DNA of 30,086 nt from Octopus sinensis. Taxonomy: Eukaryota. The notes beneath the pieces were generated by a model. The model had not been told where the DNA came from. It made no database searches and saw only the letters and a program-made list of their open reading frames with translations. The stretch's first letter is position 1, and the number at the start of each line of letters is the position of its first letter. The stretch spans positions 1 to 30,086 of the forward strand of contig NW_021832502.1 in assembly GCF_006345805.1 (NCBI RefSeq), given 5' to 3'. Position numbers and translations under genes: made by a program. This document shows positions 1 to 10,490 of this stretch, piece by piece.

Positions 1-59
1 GAGCCGGACTTGCATAAATAATGGCAATCAACAAGAAATTGCCAAAATGCTTCAAGGCA

Positions 60-422
60 CTCGAGCATACGCGCACGCGCACACACACGCACGCACGCAC
101 ACACACACATGCATACACACACACACACGTACACATACGCAGACGCACGCGCACACGCACAGGCACACGCACAGGTATCTATATATATTTTATTATATAT
201 CTGTACAATTATATATATATATACACACATACATACATAAATTTTGTACATATTGTGTACACGTTTGTGTGCATATATATATATATATATATATAAATAT
301 ATATATACACACACACCTACATACCTGCCTATCTACTTATCTACCTACCTCTATACATACACTCACAAACACGCGTATATATGTATATGTATGTAGCTAT
401 ATATATATATATGTGTATATGT

Positions 423-453
<31 letters not shown>

Positions 454-520
454 ATATATATATATATCTATATATATATATATATAATATATTATATATA
501 ATATATATAAGTATGCGTAT
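60..520. repeat. Compound degenerate dinucleotide microsatellite (CA/CG/TA)n
   Basis: Runs of cacacacg..., then long (TA)n at 380-510. They generate the T/H/Y/I-only ORFs 21..296, 47..487 and 381..572. Confidence 0.97.
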
Positions 521-892
521 GAGTGAGCTTGTATACATGTTTGTATTATGTGAAGCAATGTCTCTCTTCTAAATGAATTATTCAAACGATTTTTTCTTTA
601 TCTGTCACACTTGTCTCTTATTTTGCACCTGTCAACTGCAGCAAAGCCGCACCACCCACGCATTAATTCCCACCCACTACACTAAGCACCGACTGATCCT
701 TACACCAGCACCCCACACGCCAACCCATATATATTTAGTCGGGTAATAAATTGAAGGATCCCTAAACTCTTAATACTTTGGGTAGAGTACCAGCTTCTTA
801 ATTTTTTATAAAATAAAATCGTTGACATCGACTGGGGTGCTTTCGTTGAACAGCCGCCATTACATAATCTGACAACGGCTTAGCAAGCTGAT

Positions 893-1015
893 ACTAACTA
901 CCTACCTATTGAACTAACTTACTAACTAACTAACTAACTAACTAACTACCTATTTAACTAACTAACTAACCTACTAACTAAATAAGTAACTAACAATTTA
1001 GCTAATTAATTAACT
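893..1015. repeat. Degenerate (ACTA)n tetranucleotide microsatellite
   Basis: actaactaactaactaacta... with ACCT/ATTT variants. Confidence 0.93.
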
Positions 1016-1094
1016 AGGTACCTACGAAACTAATTACCAGCATCTACCAAGCCCAAGTCGATCCAAAAATGGATCCTACCAGTTGTTGGTCGAA

Positions 1095-1256
1095 AAGCAA
1101 CAAATAGGAATGAATTTCTTGTCCAATCAAAATACACAATCTTTAGATAAAGACGCATTTGACAAAGTTTCTTGTGAATGTGATGGTCACGGTTGTATCC
1201 TTGACTTCACGCCTGATATTTTAGGTTTGACCTGACCTTAAACAGCAACAACAACA
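1095..1256 (+). repeat. Copy of two-module interspersed repeat (module B, then module A, then (CAA)n tail)
   Basis: GATGGTCACGG at 1182-1192 is the reverse complement of CCGTGACCAT at ~7567-7576. The copy ends tgacctgaccttaaacagcaacaacaac. The degenerate B-like segment at 1095-1167 (aaatag...tctt...gacgcatttgacaa) aligns by eye with 5783-5874. Confidence 0.5.
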
Positions 1257-1569
1257 TATTAATTTAACAATTTCAGTAGCAGTTGATATCCACGTCACCT
1301 CACGTCACGCCACCCACACACGCACATAATCCTCAGACACATTCTTCCAAGCATTAACATATTTTGCAAACATCTTTCTACTCTTAAACCTGCCAATGTC
1401 TCAAGCTATGCTAACATGTCGTCTACACTGTACGTCTCTCTCTATTCCGCTTGCCCGCCTGACAAACACCGTATCAAAGCCATGTGAAAACCGGGTGGTA
1501 CTTTCTTCTATCTTGCTACTCTCTATATATTTATTTAGTCGACTGCTGGCATTTCTGTATAATTAAGTA

Positions 1570-1596
1570 TATGTATGTGATGCCTGTATATATATA

Positions 1597-1647
<51 letters not shown>

Positions 1648-1654
1648 ATATATA

Positions 1655-1707
<53 letters not shown>

Positions 1708-1796
1708 GGTGTGTGTGCTTGTGATTGCATAATTGGTTCTCTTGCTTGAAATATGACTGCTTTAGTGAAAAGAGAGTTTTACAGCTTTTCGTTGTC

Positions 1797-1841
<45 letters not shown>

Positions 1842-2121
1842 ACTCGAAATTTTCAATTCGCTGCTGTTTCAGTTTTGATTTCATTAAAAATAAGATTTGC
1901 TTTTTCTGATTTTGTTTGTAGAAAGTGGTAGAGATTATGCAATAGTCTTTTATATTGCTCATTGGTATATAGATATTGTGTATGAGTGTGATGTATATAA
2001 ATGCACACATACATACATTCATACACACTCATATATGCATATATTATATGTTATATATATATATATATATATGTATATAATATATATATATATATATATA
2101 TACACACAACACACACCACAA

Positions 2122-2157
<36 letters not shown>

Positions 2158-2350
2158 TATATACATATATATCTATGTGTATACTACACACACACACACA
2201 CACATACACAAGCATGGCTGCTGTTCATATTTTGTTACTTTTGCTAAATATTTGCTTCAGATGTGTACATAAACTTATTTTTGCTCTTGCATTATTATTA
2301 TTATTATTATTATTATCATCATCATCATCGTCGTCATCATCATTACTTCG
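1570..2350. repeat. Cluster of (TA)n, (ATT)n, (CA)n and (ATT)/(CAT)/(CGT) microsatellites
   Basis: (TA)n 1585-1703, (ATT)n 1800-1839, (TA)/(CA) 2050-2210, (ATT)n to (CAT)n 2291-2345. Confidence 0.95.
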
Positions 2351-2919
2351 GCTGCTGTAGTGTGTGGCTCTTAGTATGGAATGCCTGTATGAATTTAGTG
2401 AATTTTTAAGTAGAGACGAAGAACTTGTATGAAGTTTATGCTCTGATTTCACCTGATTGCTTACCTATTTGTAGTAGTTTGTAGTAAGCATTCACATATG
2501 TTATATTATATACGCAAACACACAGACACAGATACGCATATATATATATACATGAAAACATATACATATGCATGTACATATTTGTATATAGACACACGCA
2601 CATAATTCTTTTATACTTCTCGTTTGCAAAAACATAACCATTCGACGAAACTGACTCTACTTATGATCACAAGTCTCCAGTGACCGTGAAGTGGTAACAT
2701 TTCGCTGGAGTATTCGCATACAGATACCAACGGAAGTCCGCAGCAAAGTGCTACTTGGAGATGACAAAAAATCAAAAAGAAAAAATTATTATCAAATTAA
2801 TAGCTTAGAACTGTTTCAGTATAAAGAGCGAAACAATATCTGTATTTAGTCCACCTGACCAGCAGCATTCTGGTTCTGACGAAGTGGAATCAATGCAACG
2901 GTACTTGCCACTAAGTGTT

Positions 2920-2981
2920 ATGTGTGTGTGTGTGTCTGTTGTGTGTGTGGTGTGGTGTGTGTGTGTGTATGTATGTATGTA

Positions 2982-3017
<36 letters not shown>

Positions 3018-3018
3018 G

Positions 3019-3049
<31 letters not shown>

Positions 3050-3090
3050 TATGTATTGTATGTATGTATGTATGTATGTGAGTATGTATG

Positions 3091-3160
<70 letters not shown>
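2920..3160. repeat. (TG)n/(TATG)n/(TA)n compound microsatellite
   Basis: Directly visible. A second (TA)n/(CATA)n block lies at 3687-3818. Confidence 0.97.
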
Positions 3161-3164
<4 letters not shown>

Positions 3165-3697
3165 AGGGTACATTTATACACAAAAAGAAATTTACCTATA
3201 ACAGCTAATTTCTACACGCTAGGAAAGAAATTTGAGAGAAGATGAAAGTGGTTGTGAAAAAGTGGTTACCACAAAGCACAGTTGAAGTTTTTCGAAGACG
3301 ATTCACAAATGCATCACTTGTGTCGGAGAGTTAGTGCCTTGTATAGAGGGAAAATTACTCTTCCAGCATGGGTATATTTGAATGACTTGTGTCCGCTTAT
3401 TGAAAGCTTGTGTCCACTTGAGTAATACTTTCGGGTCAGTCCACATTTATATGTATGTACACATACACGAACTTCCAAATTGTCTTCAGATCTTGATAGT
3501 AACAAGCAGTGTTTAGTAAGGTGTGTTCAAAGTGCTGTTACAGGTATCTGCTTCAATCTGGATCTAGAATAAACAAAGTTGGCGAATTAGATGTACAATA
3601 ATGATATATAATAAAATTACAGCAATCTAGGAACAGCTAATAACTACCTCTCCTAAGAACATCCCACATCTTCTCGAATACACCTCATATATATATG

Positions 3698-3812
<115 letters not shown>

Positions 3813-4759
3813 CACACACTTTCTATTACCAATGTATCTATCACCAGTGTATCTCCGGTTTCTCCTGTATCAAATGTCTCAGCTGACGCCCAGATGAGAC
3901 GGTCAATACGCATTATATACTATTTGTGTAGAAAAATCTTAAATGTTAAATTTTACTTTTAATTGACGCGAAGAGAAGGGGTTTTTTTTGGCATTATGTA
4001 ACATTTTTGTTCCTCAATAAAGAATTCGTCTGAAACTACTGTAATAGACCTCAACACGTTTATTGTATTGTTTACACATCACCTCACTCGTTAATGCAAA
4101 CAAGAGGCAGGAAAGGGATAGGAAAAAGAAGGAAAGTAGTCAGATGTGTGTGTGTGTGTGTTTAGAAAATTGGAAAAATATCAAATATGAACGTTTGTAA
4201 TTCTGCTAAAACATAATTAAGGTCCTAAAAGCACTAGAGTGTGTAGATTTGTCAATCATGTAATTCAAACTATTTCAGGAATCTAAAAGACCACAATAAG
4301 GGACCTATGAGATATGAAAGGGTCTTGACATGTGTGTATGGTGTCATACGGCGAAATACAACACTTTAATGGAGCCTTCATGGTTATTAAATATGAAGTG
4401 GGAGGCCGCGACTGTCTGCTGCCCCTAATTAAAGGTTGGACAGAGCTAATCATTGTGGAAAGCATTGAATGACACCTTGTTGTAACACCATAGAAAGATA
4501 TGTGTTGCGTTTGGTTATTTTCATTTTCCATATTAATGTACACACGCGTATATAGACTCATACTCATACGCACATACATACATTCACACATACATACCTG
4601 TATCTAGCCACATACATAAGCATACACACGCATGTACGCACATGTACACACATACACAGGTATACATCAGCACATTTATCTGATTAAGGCTTTATAGATG
4701 ATTCGTTTTCACTAAATTGTCTATTAATTTTTCTAAAGAAATACCCATTTATATTTGTG

Positions 4760-4813
<54 letters not shown>

Positions 4814-4824
4814 TGTATGTATGT

Positions 4825-4998
4825 GTGTGTCTGTGATTGTCCTTCCATCATCACTTGACAATCTATGTTTTTGTGTTTACGTCCCCATAACTTAACGGTT
4901 CGGCCAAACAGTCCGATAGAATAAGTACTAGGCTTATAAAGAATAAAGGCGGTGCTCCAGCATGGCCGCAGTCAAATGACTGAAGCAAGTAGAAGAAA
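4825..4998 (+). mobile_element. 3' half of an octopus OR-like tRNA-derived SINE (internal deletion), preceded by its internal (TA)/(TG) microsatellite
   Basis: gtgtttacgtccccataacttaacggttcggc...gatagaataagtactaggctt...aggcggtgctccagcatggccgcagtcaaatgactgaagcaagta. It aligns with the reverse complement of 28830-28880 and 29072-29212 in this window. The family name is from memory. Confidence 0.85.
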
Positions 4999-5063
4999 AG
5001 CTGTAATATTTCGTTATAAAAGAGAAAGCATTAGCGACGTTAGTTGCTGCTGTTATAGTGTAC

Positions 5064-5120
5064 AGGTGTTCCTTTGAGGGATATTTGGTTACTATATCTA
5101 CCAGTTTAAATGACCACATC
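5064..5120 (-). repeat. Module B copy of two-module repeat
   Basis: tttgagggatatttggttactatatcta matches tttgagggatatttgactgc at ~18796 and tttgagggagatttagctgctatt at ~7652. Confidence 0.7.
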
Positions 5121-5147
5121 ATCGTTCCTCCGTGGTTTCGGATATGC

Positions 5148-5150
5148 AGC

Positions 5151-5225
<75 letters not shown>
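5148..5225. repeat. Compound (CAG)n-(TAG)n trinucleotide repeat
   Basis: Directly visible. It produces the poly-S/L/Y/C ORFs 4934..5299, 5058..5351 and 5119..5370. Confidence 0.97.
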
Positions 5226-5782
5226 CGTTGCTGTTGTTTCTTGATAATTTCAGCGTTTTTTTTTTCCGTGGAAATATTCTTCGCTGCTGAAGGAAGCAAC
5301 CTGCTGACGGTTTATCAGTCACCGTTGATATCCATTTTGATAATAACATGAAGCAGTACTTGCTTGCCACCAGTTACTGCAAGGATATCAGTGATACCAG
5401 GAGATGTTTGTGTGAATCGTGTGTGGCGTGGGCGTTATGTGCCACTGGGTCTAGGCAATGACACGAAGGGTAAGACGACTTCACCCTTTTGTCCTTCGTC
5501 CGGAAAATTTTGAAATCATGAATACACGCAAACGTATAAATACACACACACACACTCACTTAAGCAAAAACATACACACGCGCATATTTATACACAAACA
5601 CCTATTCAATACACTCCCACACACAAACACATGTCCATAGCAAGTAAAAGTAACAGAAACACACATTCCATGAATTCCTCCGGTTTGTAATTAATTTCAG
5701 CACTCACACAGACACACACATACAAACACACATAACTATTTATTTCATAATCAGTGAAAAAAACAAACTTATGACGGTGTGC

Positions 5783-5874
5783 GTCAAACTGTTAGAAACA
5801 GCAGCTATGTCTCCATTAAAATTACAACGCCTCGAAAAAAAGAAAAAAGGAGACACTAAATAATGTAGTTCTAG
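5783..5874 (+). repeat. Module B copy (near full length) of two-module repeat
   Basis: tagaaacagcagctatgtctcc...gacactaaataatgtagttctag. The reverse complement of its end matches ctaaaactacattatctaatgtg at 10430-10452. Confidence 0.75.
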
Positions 5875-6401
5875 ATAGACAATGCCCAACATTGTGGGTG
5901 ACGGTTATTACAGTGGGTCACAGTGTCATCGGAGAGAGTCCCACTGGTAATGCAGATTCTTGAAATGTCATTAAAGTGTCCTGAATAGGTCTTCGCCTTT
6001 TTGGGGCTTCCACCATTGCAGATTTTGGTTATTGTAATTTACAAAATTATAAACTTCTTTATGTTGTCATCGGACGCTCCGATTAATTATGAAGTGCCAT
6101 TTTGAAGAGCACATTTCCTGGCGAAATAGAATATATTTTGTCGAACTAACGATTATGGATTAAACATTTTTATCCACTCACTTATCTCTGACTATTGTCC
6201 AAGTGGCCGGTCACAGTCATATTTTTGACTATTTGAACTTGTCATCCCATGGAATACACACACACACACACACACACACACACCACACTCACAAACACAC
6301 GCACAAACACAAACACACACACACACACATATACATGTATGTCTATATATATGTATATATGTATATACATATACACATACACACACATGTATGTGTATAT
6401 A

Positions 6402-6451
<50 letters not shown>

Positions 6452-6539
6452 ATGTGTGTGTGTGTGTAATTACAGTAAATTGCTAATATATTCCATTGGC
6501 AGAGACACAAGTTTGTAGGAGAGAAGAATATTATAAACC

Positions 6540-6670
6540 CCCAGGTTTTAACTGGTATTTTCTCTCACCCCTCTCCACCTCCCGCTGAATGATGAACAAA
6601 ACAAAGCCCGTCGGCGTCTGAACCCGAATGTAAAGGGACGTAACTGAATGCATTTGACTTTCTGACCTCA
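6540..6670 (-). mobile_element. Highly decayed OK-like tRNA-derived SINE
   Basis: ccagg..actggtattt...gatgaacaaaacaaag..cgtcggcgtctgaacccgaatgtaaagggacg..catttg is collinear with 21806-21920 (ccagta..actggtacttatt...ggcaaagtcga...tttgaacccagaacgtaaagacg). Confidence 0.6.
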
Positions 6671-6767
6671 TCAGGCAGAGTACTTGGGCGGAATTCTGGG
6701 ATAGAATATTTGCACCCTACTACGTGGCACACTATAATAACCAGCATACGGATGAACATACGCGATT

Positions 6768-6840
6768 GCTATGGACGGAGCGTCTTTGATCATCGGTCAG
6801 CTCCATCAGAACTGGTCCCGGGTTTAACAACAACAACAAG
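6768..6840 (+). repeat. Module A copy with (CAA)n tail
   Basis: atggacggagcgtctttgatcatcggtcagctccatcagaactggtcccgggtttaacaacaacaac, similar to 18074-18151. Confidence 0.7.
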
Positions 6841-6929
6841 AATAACAACAACAATACCAATTTTATAAAAGCCTTCTTCCTTCCACCTCTTCATCATCAT
6901 TATCTTCATCAGCAACAGTAATGACATTA

Positions 6930-7005
6930 ACTACCACCACCTCTCCACTACCACCACCTCTCCACTACCACCACCTCTCCACTACCACCACCTCTCCACT
7001 ACCAC
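6930..7005. repeat. 17-bp minisatellite ACTACCACCACCTCTCC x4.5
   Basis: Perfect copies at 6930, 6947, 6964 and 6981, partial at 6998. Followed by (CAC/CAT/GAC/AAC)n to ~7215. Confidence 0.97.
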
Positions 7006-7152
7006 ACCACCACCGTCACGACGACGACGACGACCACCACCACCACCACCAACACCACTAACACCACCACCACCACCATCAACACCATCACCACCACCAC
7101 CACCACCACCATCACCACCACCACCACCACCACCATCACCACCATCACCACT

Positions 7153-7184
<32 letters not shown>

Positions 7185-7436
7185 CAACAAACAACGACAA
7201 CAACAACAGGAACAACAAAAACGAAATCTATGTTCTGAAGTACAAACGTAAATACAATGAAAGCGAAACGACCAAATAGAGTTAATTACTCTCATTAAAA
7301 TTCTCTTTAATTGCTTAAGAAAATCAAACAGGCTTCCTACTGCCCCCTCCCTCCTCCCTTTTCATCCTCCCCCACGCTAATAAACACACCTTAATTCAAT
7401 TAAGTTAACAATTAACTCCTTCATACAATCATCTTC

Positions 7437-7676
7437 GTTGGTATTTAGCCCTTGGTCAGATATAATCGAGCAAGACTTGTGTTGAATGACTCTCCAGCGA
7501 TGACCATCACTCAGGTGTTGTTATTTAGCCACTGGTCAGTCCTGATTGAACGGTCTTTCCAGCCAGCCGTGACCATTTTTTTGTTGTTGTTTGAGCTCTT
7601 GTTATGGCATATCAGGAATTACAATGGGCCATTTGAGGTGATAGGATGTGGTTTGAGGGAGATTTAGCTGCTATTG
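7437..7676 (-). repeat. Two tandem module A copies plus module B
   Basis: tatttagcc(c/a)(t/c)tggtcag...tgaccat occurs twice (7437-7508, 7517-7577). GATTTAGCTGCTATT at 7661-7675. Confidence 0.8.
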
Positions 7677-7794
7677 GTTAGTAATCATCAAGGAAATCTC
7701 AGTGTGTTCGAATTCTGGGTTCGTCGCTGGTTTCTCGAGGGACCAGAAGTGAAATAATCAAGAAGTCCACGATTGTATTTCTCTTCAAGTGGTC

Positions 7795-7875
7795 TAACCG
7801 TCTGTTTGAAATAGCAACAAGATCTCACTGAAACCACAATATACTGTCTTAAAAATTGAAGGACACGTTCGACAA
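7795..7875 (+). repeat. Module B copy, inverted relative to 7640-7676
   Basis: gaaatagcaacaagatctcactgaaaccacaatatactgtcttaaaaattgaaggacac parallels 27571-27650 (gaaagagcagctaaatctc...ctactgtcttgaaaa...gaagacac). Confidence 0.75.
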
Positions 7876-7999
7876 GGGAGGGGGGAGTTAGGGAGTTTCC
7901 AGAAGTTAACGACATAAAAAAAAAACAGCAAAAGGAACAGAAACCAGAATAGTCAAGAGTGGAATTGCTTTTGATGAAGTGCTATTCTAGCATTCCATT

Positions 8000-8020
8000 A
8001 CCATCCACTACCACCACCAG

Positions 8021-8069
<49 letters not shown>

Positions 8070-8360
8070 CACCACTACTACTACTACTACTACCACCACC
8101 ACCACCACCTCAACCACACCACTACTACCGCCACCACCACAACCACCATCAACAAAGCATGACCACCTCCTCGCCGATACCGCCAACATCACCAACCCTA
8201 CTCTCCATAACTCTTCGTTAGCACAACCGCCATATTGACCAGCACTAGCACCACCACTAATACCATCTTATACTGTCAGACCCCACCACCACCACCACCA
8301 ACAACAACAACAGTAAAACATGGACAGTAGCAGCAGCAGTAGGGCAGCAGCAACAGCAGA
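8000..8360. repeat. (CAC)/(TAC)/(CAA)/(CAG) trinucleotide mosaic
   Basis: Directly visible. Confidence 0.93.
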
Positions 8361-8524
8361 TGAAGAATTGTTTTTAGCAAACTGTGGACCCTGGACAGGT
8401 TGCTGTAAGTTGTGTAAACATCAACAGATAATTGGCTTTCAATTATATTTTTAATTAAGTTAGCTGGTCGGCTGGCTGTCTGGCTGGTTGATTAGGCTTG
8501 AAGGGGATGGGCGTGGCTGTATCT

Positions 8525-8563
<39 letters not shown>

Positions 8564-8676
8564 TGTTTTGGTGTCCGTAAATATATCCTGTATATTTGGA
8601 ACTCTATTTCTAAGACTGTAAGGAGCGCTTTCAGGGATATTTCGGTATCATTGTTTTCTAGGTCGAACGAAACTGT

Positions 8677-8726
8677 GTTGATGTTGTTGTTGCTGTCGTT
8701 GTTGTTGTTGCTGCTGCTGCTGCTGC

Positions 8727-8766
<40 letters not shown>

Positions 8767-8845
8767 CTTCTTCTTCTTCTTCTTCTTCTTCTTCTTCTTC
8801 TTCTTCTCTTTTCTTCTTCTTCTTCTTCTTCTTCTTCTTCTTCAT
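8677..8845. repeat. Compound (TTG)n-(CTG)n-(TTG)n-(TTC)n repeat
   Basis: Directly visible. Source of the poly-L/F/Q/E/K/R/T ORFs. Confidence 0.97.
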
Positions 8846-9010
8846 CGTTTTGCTGCAGTTCTTCCTGATCAGGCAGATGTATGACCAAATACGTCCCAGC
8901 CGTACCCTTCCCGTCTTTCTGTATGCTTGCAAGCAAATTCTCCGATGAGTCCTCCTTTTGAAGGGAATTTGCGATGCGATTTGGCTGCTATTTCTAGCAT
9001 GTCTGACGGA
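8846..9010 (-). repeat. Two-module repeat copy (A 8846-8920, B 8945-9010)
   Basis: GATTTGGCTGCTATTTC at 8978-8994 is identical to 10467-10483. A-module: cctgatcaggcagatgtatgaccaaatacgtcccagccgtaccc. Confidence 0.8.
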
Positions 9011-9253
9011 CGTATACACATAAAAAGTTAGTCACGGGAATTCGTTAACATTTAACTTTCCATATTGGAAAAACAGTGAAAAAAGGCGGGTTGGGTGATA
9101 CGGCAGGGTATACCTCGTCGCTAAAATCTGTATATGTGTGTGTGCATGTGAGAATATGTGTGCTTATATAGGTATATGTGTGTGTATATGTGTGTATATA
9201 AGTGTGCGCATGTATAAGTTTTTGGGTGTGTACTGTGTGTGTTTGTGTGTGTT

Positions 9254-9334
<81 letters not shown>

Positions 9335-9561
9335 TGTCTGCATCACAGTCCATCTGATCTTAACTACGCGGTCTGATCTATAAGTTTTCCGGACTGTTGC
9401 CATAGTAACGAAGCTAAAGCACACAGAGTGAAGCCGCTTGGTACGGACTGACTTTGAACTCTGCTGTGCATGTGCACTAAGTTTTAACGTTCAAGATCAC
9501 TTCCGCAGTTTACAGTAGTGTTTGGTAGGAAAGTGTGTAGCGTGTGCTCGTCGCATTGACT

Positions 9562-9655
9562 ATGAAAGAGAGAGTTGAGCAAATAATCTGCGTCAAATTT
9601 TGCCAAATACTTGGTGTGATACCTGCTCAGCAGTCTATGCAAAGCTTTCAAAATG
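9562..9655 (+). pseudogene. Mariner transposase extreme N-terminus (frameshifted fragment)
   Basis: ATG 9562: MKERVEQIICVKFCQILG, then frameshift to DTCSAVYAKLSKCF. Resembles the mariner 'EQRxxIKFCxxLG' start. Confidence 0.75.
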
Positions 9656-10037
9656 TTTTCATCGTTTTGCACACAATCAACGAGATCTTGTGCAACTGAA
9701 ACCCGAGTATCTTTTTGGTCAGCTGAAAGCAGTTTGGGCAGAAATTTGGTAGACACGCATCTCATGCACAAATATTCACTGATAATGGACTGAACTGAAC
9801 CGTAAATAATCTGGACATCCTCTGATAACTCACGGATGGTGATTCGACGATTTCCCCTCACAGTTGCACGCACATCTGCGATGTTTTTCTCAGTTCTTCT
9901 GGTTGCGTGAGTCCAAGACCGTTCATCAATATCGACGTTTTTTCGGCAATCTTGGAAGCGTCTGAACCCCTCATACACTTTCTGCAACTTTGCGTAGGAC
10001 ATTGAACAGGAATGGCCAGGACAACTTTCACCGTCAT
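9645..10037 (-). pseudogene. Mariner transposase N-terminal HTH region (internally deleted, no DD34D domain)
   Basis: ORF 9484..10128 contains YAKLQKVYEGFRRFQDCRKNVDIDERS...NRRITIRELSEDVQIIYGSVQSII...MRCVSTKFLPKLLSADQK. FLPKLL corresponds to the mariner WVPxxL linker motif. The original ATG (MTVKV) is at 10037. Confidence 0.9.
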
Positions 10038-10337
10038 GGTCAATGCGACGATCACATGCTACACACTTTCCTTCCAAGCATTGCTGTAAACAGCGGATAG
10101 GAGCTAAAAGGTTAGACTTAGTGCTCATGCACAGCAGAGTTGAAGGTCAATCTGTGCCGAGTGGCTTCACTCTGTGTGCTTTGGCTTCGTTACTGTGTCA
10201 ACAGTCCGAATACTTATTTATAAAGAGGTAAATAGCAGACAGGGGCGCAGCGTGATATTGATTTAGTGCTTTGTTAATTTGCCGTGCTAAGTTTAATATA
10301 TTCACTCGATGGGAGATTAACAGAATACCCAGGGAGC

Positions 10338-10490
10338 TGTTGTTGTTGTTTTTGTTTAGCTACCATATCAGTTCTGAATAAAAGCGTTCCAGCCACGCCC
10401 ATCTCGCACATTTCTCGAGTATTGCCTACCTAAAACTACATTATCTAATGTGTTCTTCTTATGCGAGATTTGGCTGCTATTTCATACAGG
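10338..10490 (-). repeat. Two-module repeat copy (A 10338-10405, B 10430-10490)
   Basis: (TTG)n-tttagc...aaagcgttccagcc...ccatc, then ctaaaactacattatctaatgtg and GATTTGGCTGCTATTTC. Confidence 0.8.

Larger units (their letters stand above)
9365..10230. mobile_element. Mariner-derived non-autonomous fold-back element (two 5' ends facing each other)
   Basis: Left end TA-CGCGGTCTGATCTATAAGTTTTCCGGACTG resembles a mariner TIR. 9391-9480 matches the reverse complement of 10118-10207 at 79/90 ungapped. Transposase N-terminus is present on both strands. Confidence 0.9.

Noticed and set aside
2675-2710. Hairpin CTCCAGTGA...TCGCTGGAG
   Set aside because: It has only a 9-bp core and ~36-45 nt in total, too short for a pre-miRNA and expected by chance.
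2877-2925. CTGACGA-AGTGG...CCACT resembling a plus-strand hammerhead
   Set aside because: It is followed by AAGTG rather than GAAA, with no stem III or cleavage triplet.
3820-3960. Short S/V/P-rich open frame ([23 protein letters not shown]...)
   Set aside because: Low-complexity gtatct-type repeats next to a microsatellite, with no start or splice support.
6650-6680. Minus-strand CUGAUGA-GGUCA-GAAA-GUC
   Set aside because: No stem II can form and there is no stem I/III pairing. It lies at the edge of a decayed SINE.
6930-7005. Regular direct repeats as a CRISPR-like array
   Set aside because: The repeats are contiguous with no unique spacers, and the context is eukaryotic.
9484-10128. 214-aa ORF as an intact or domesticated transposase gene
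   Set aside because: It starts in the mariner 5' UTR, has internal deletions, lacks the DD34D domain, and its last ~50 aa are the antisense of the other arm.
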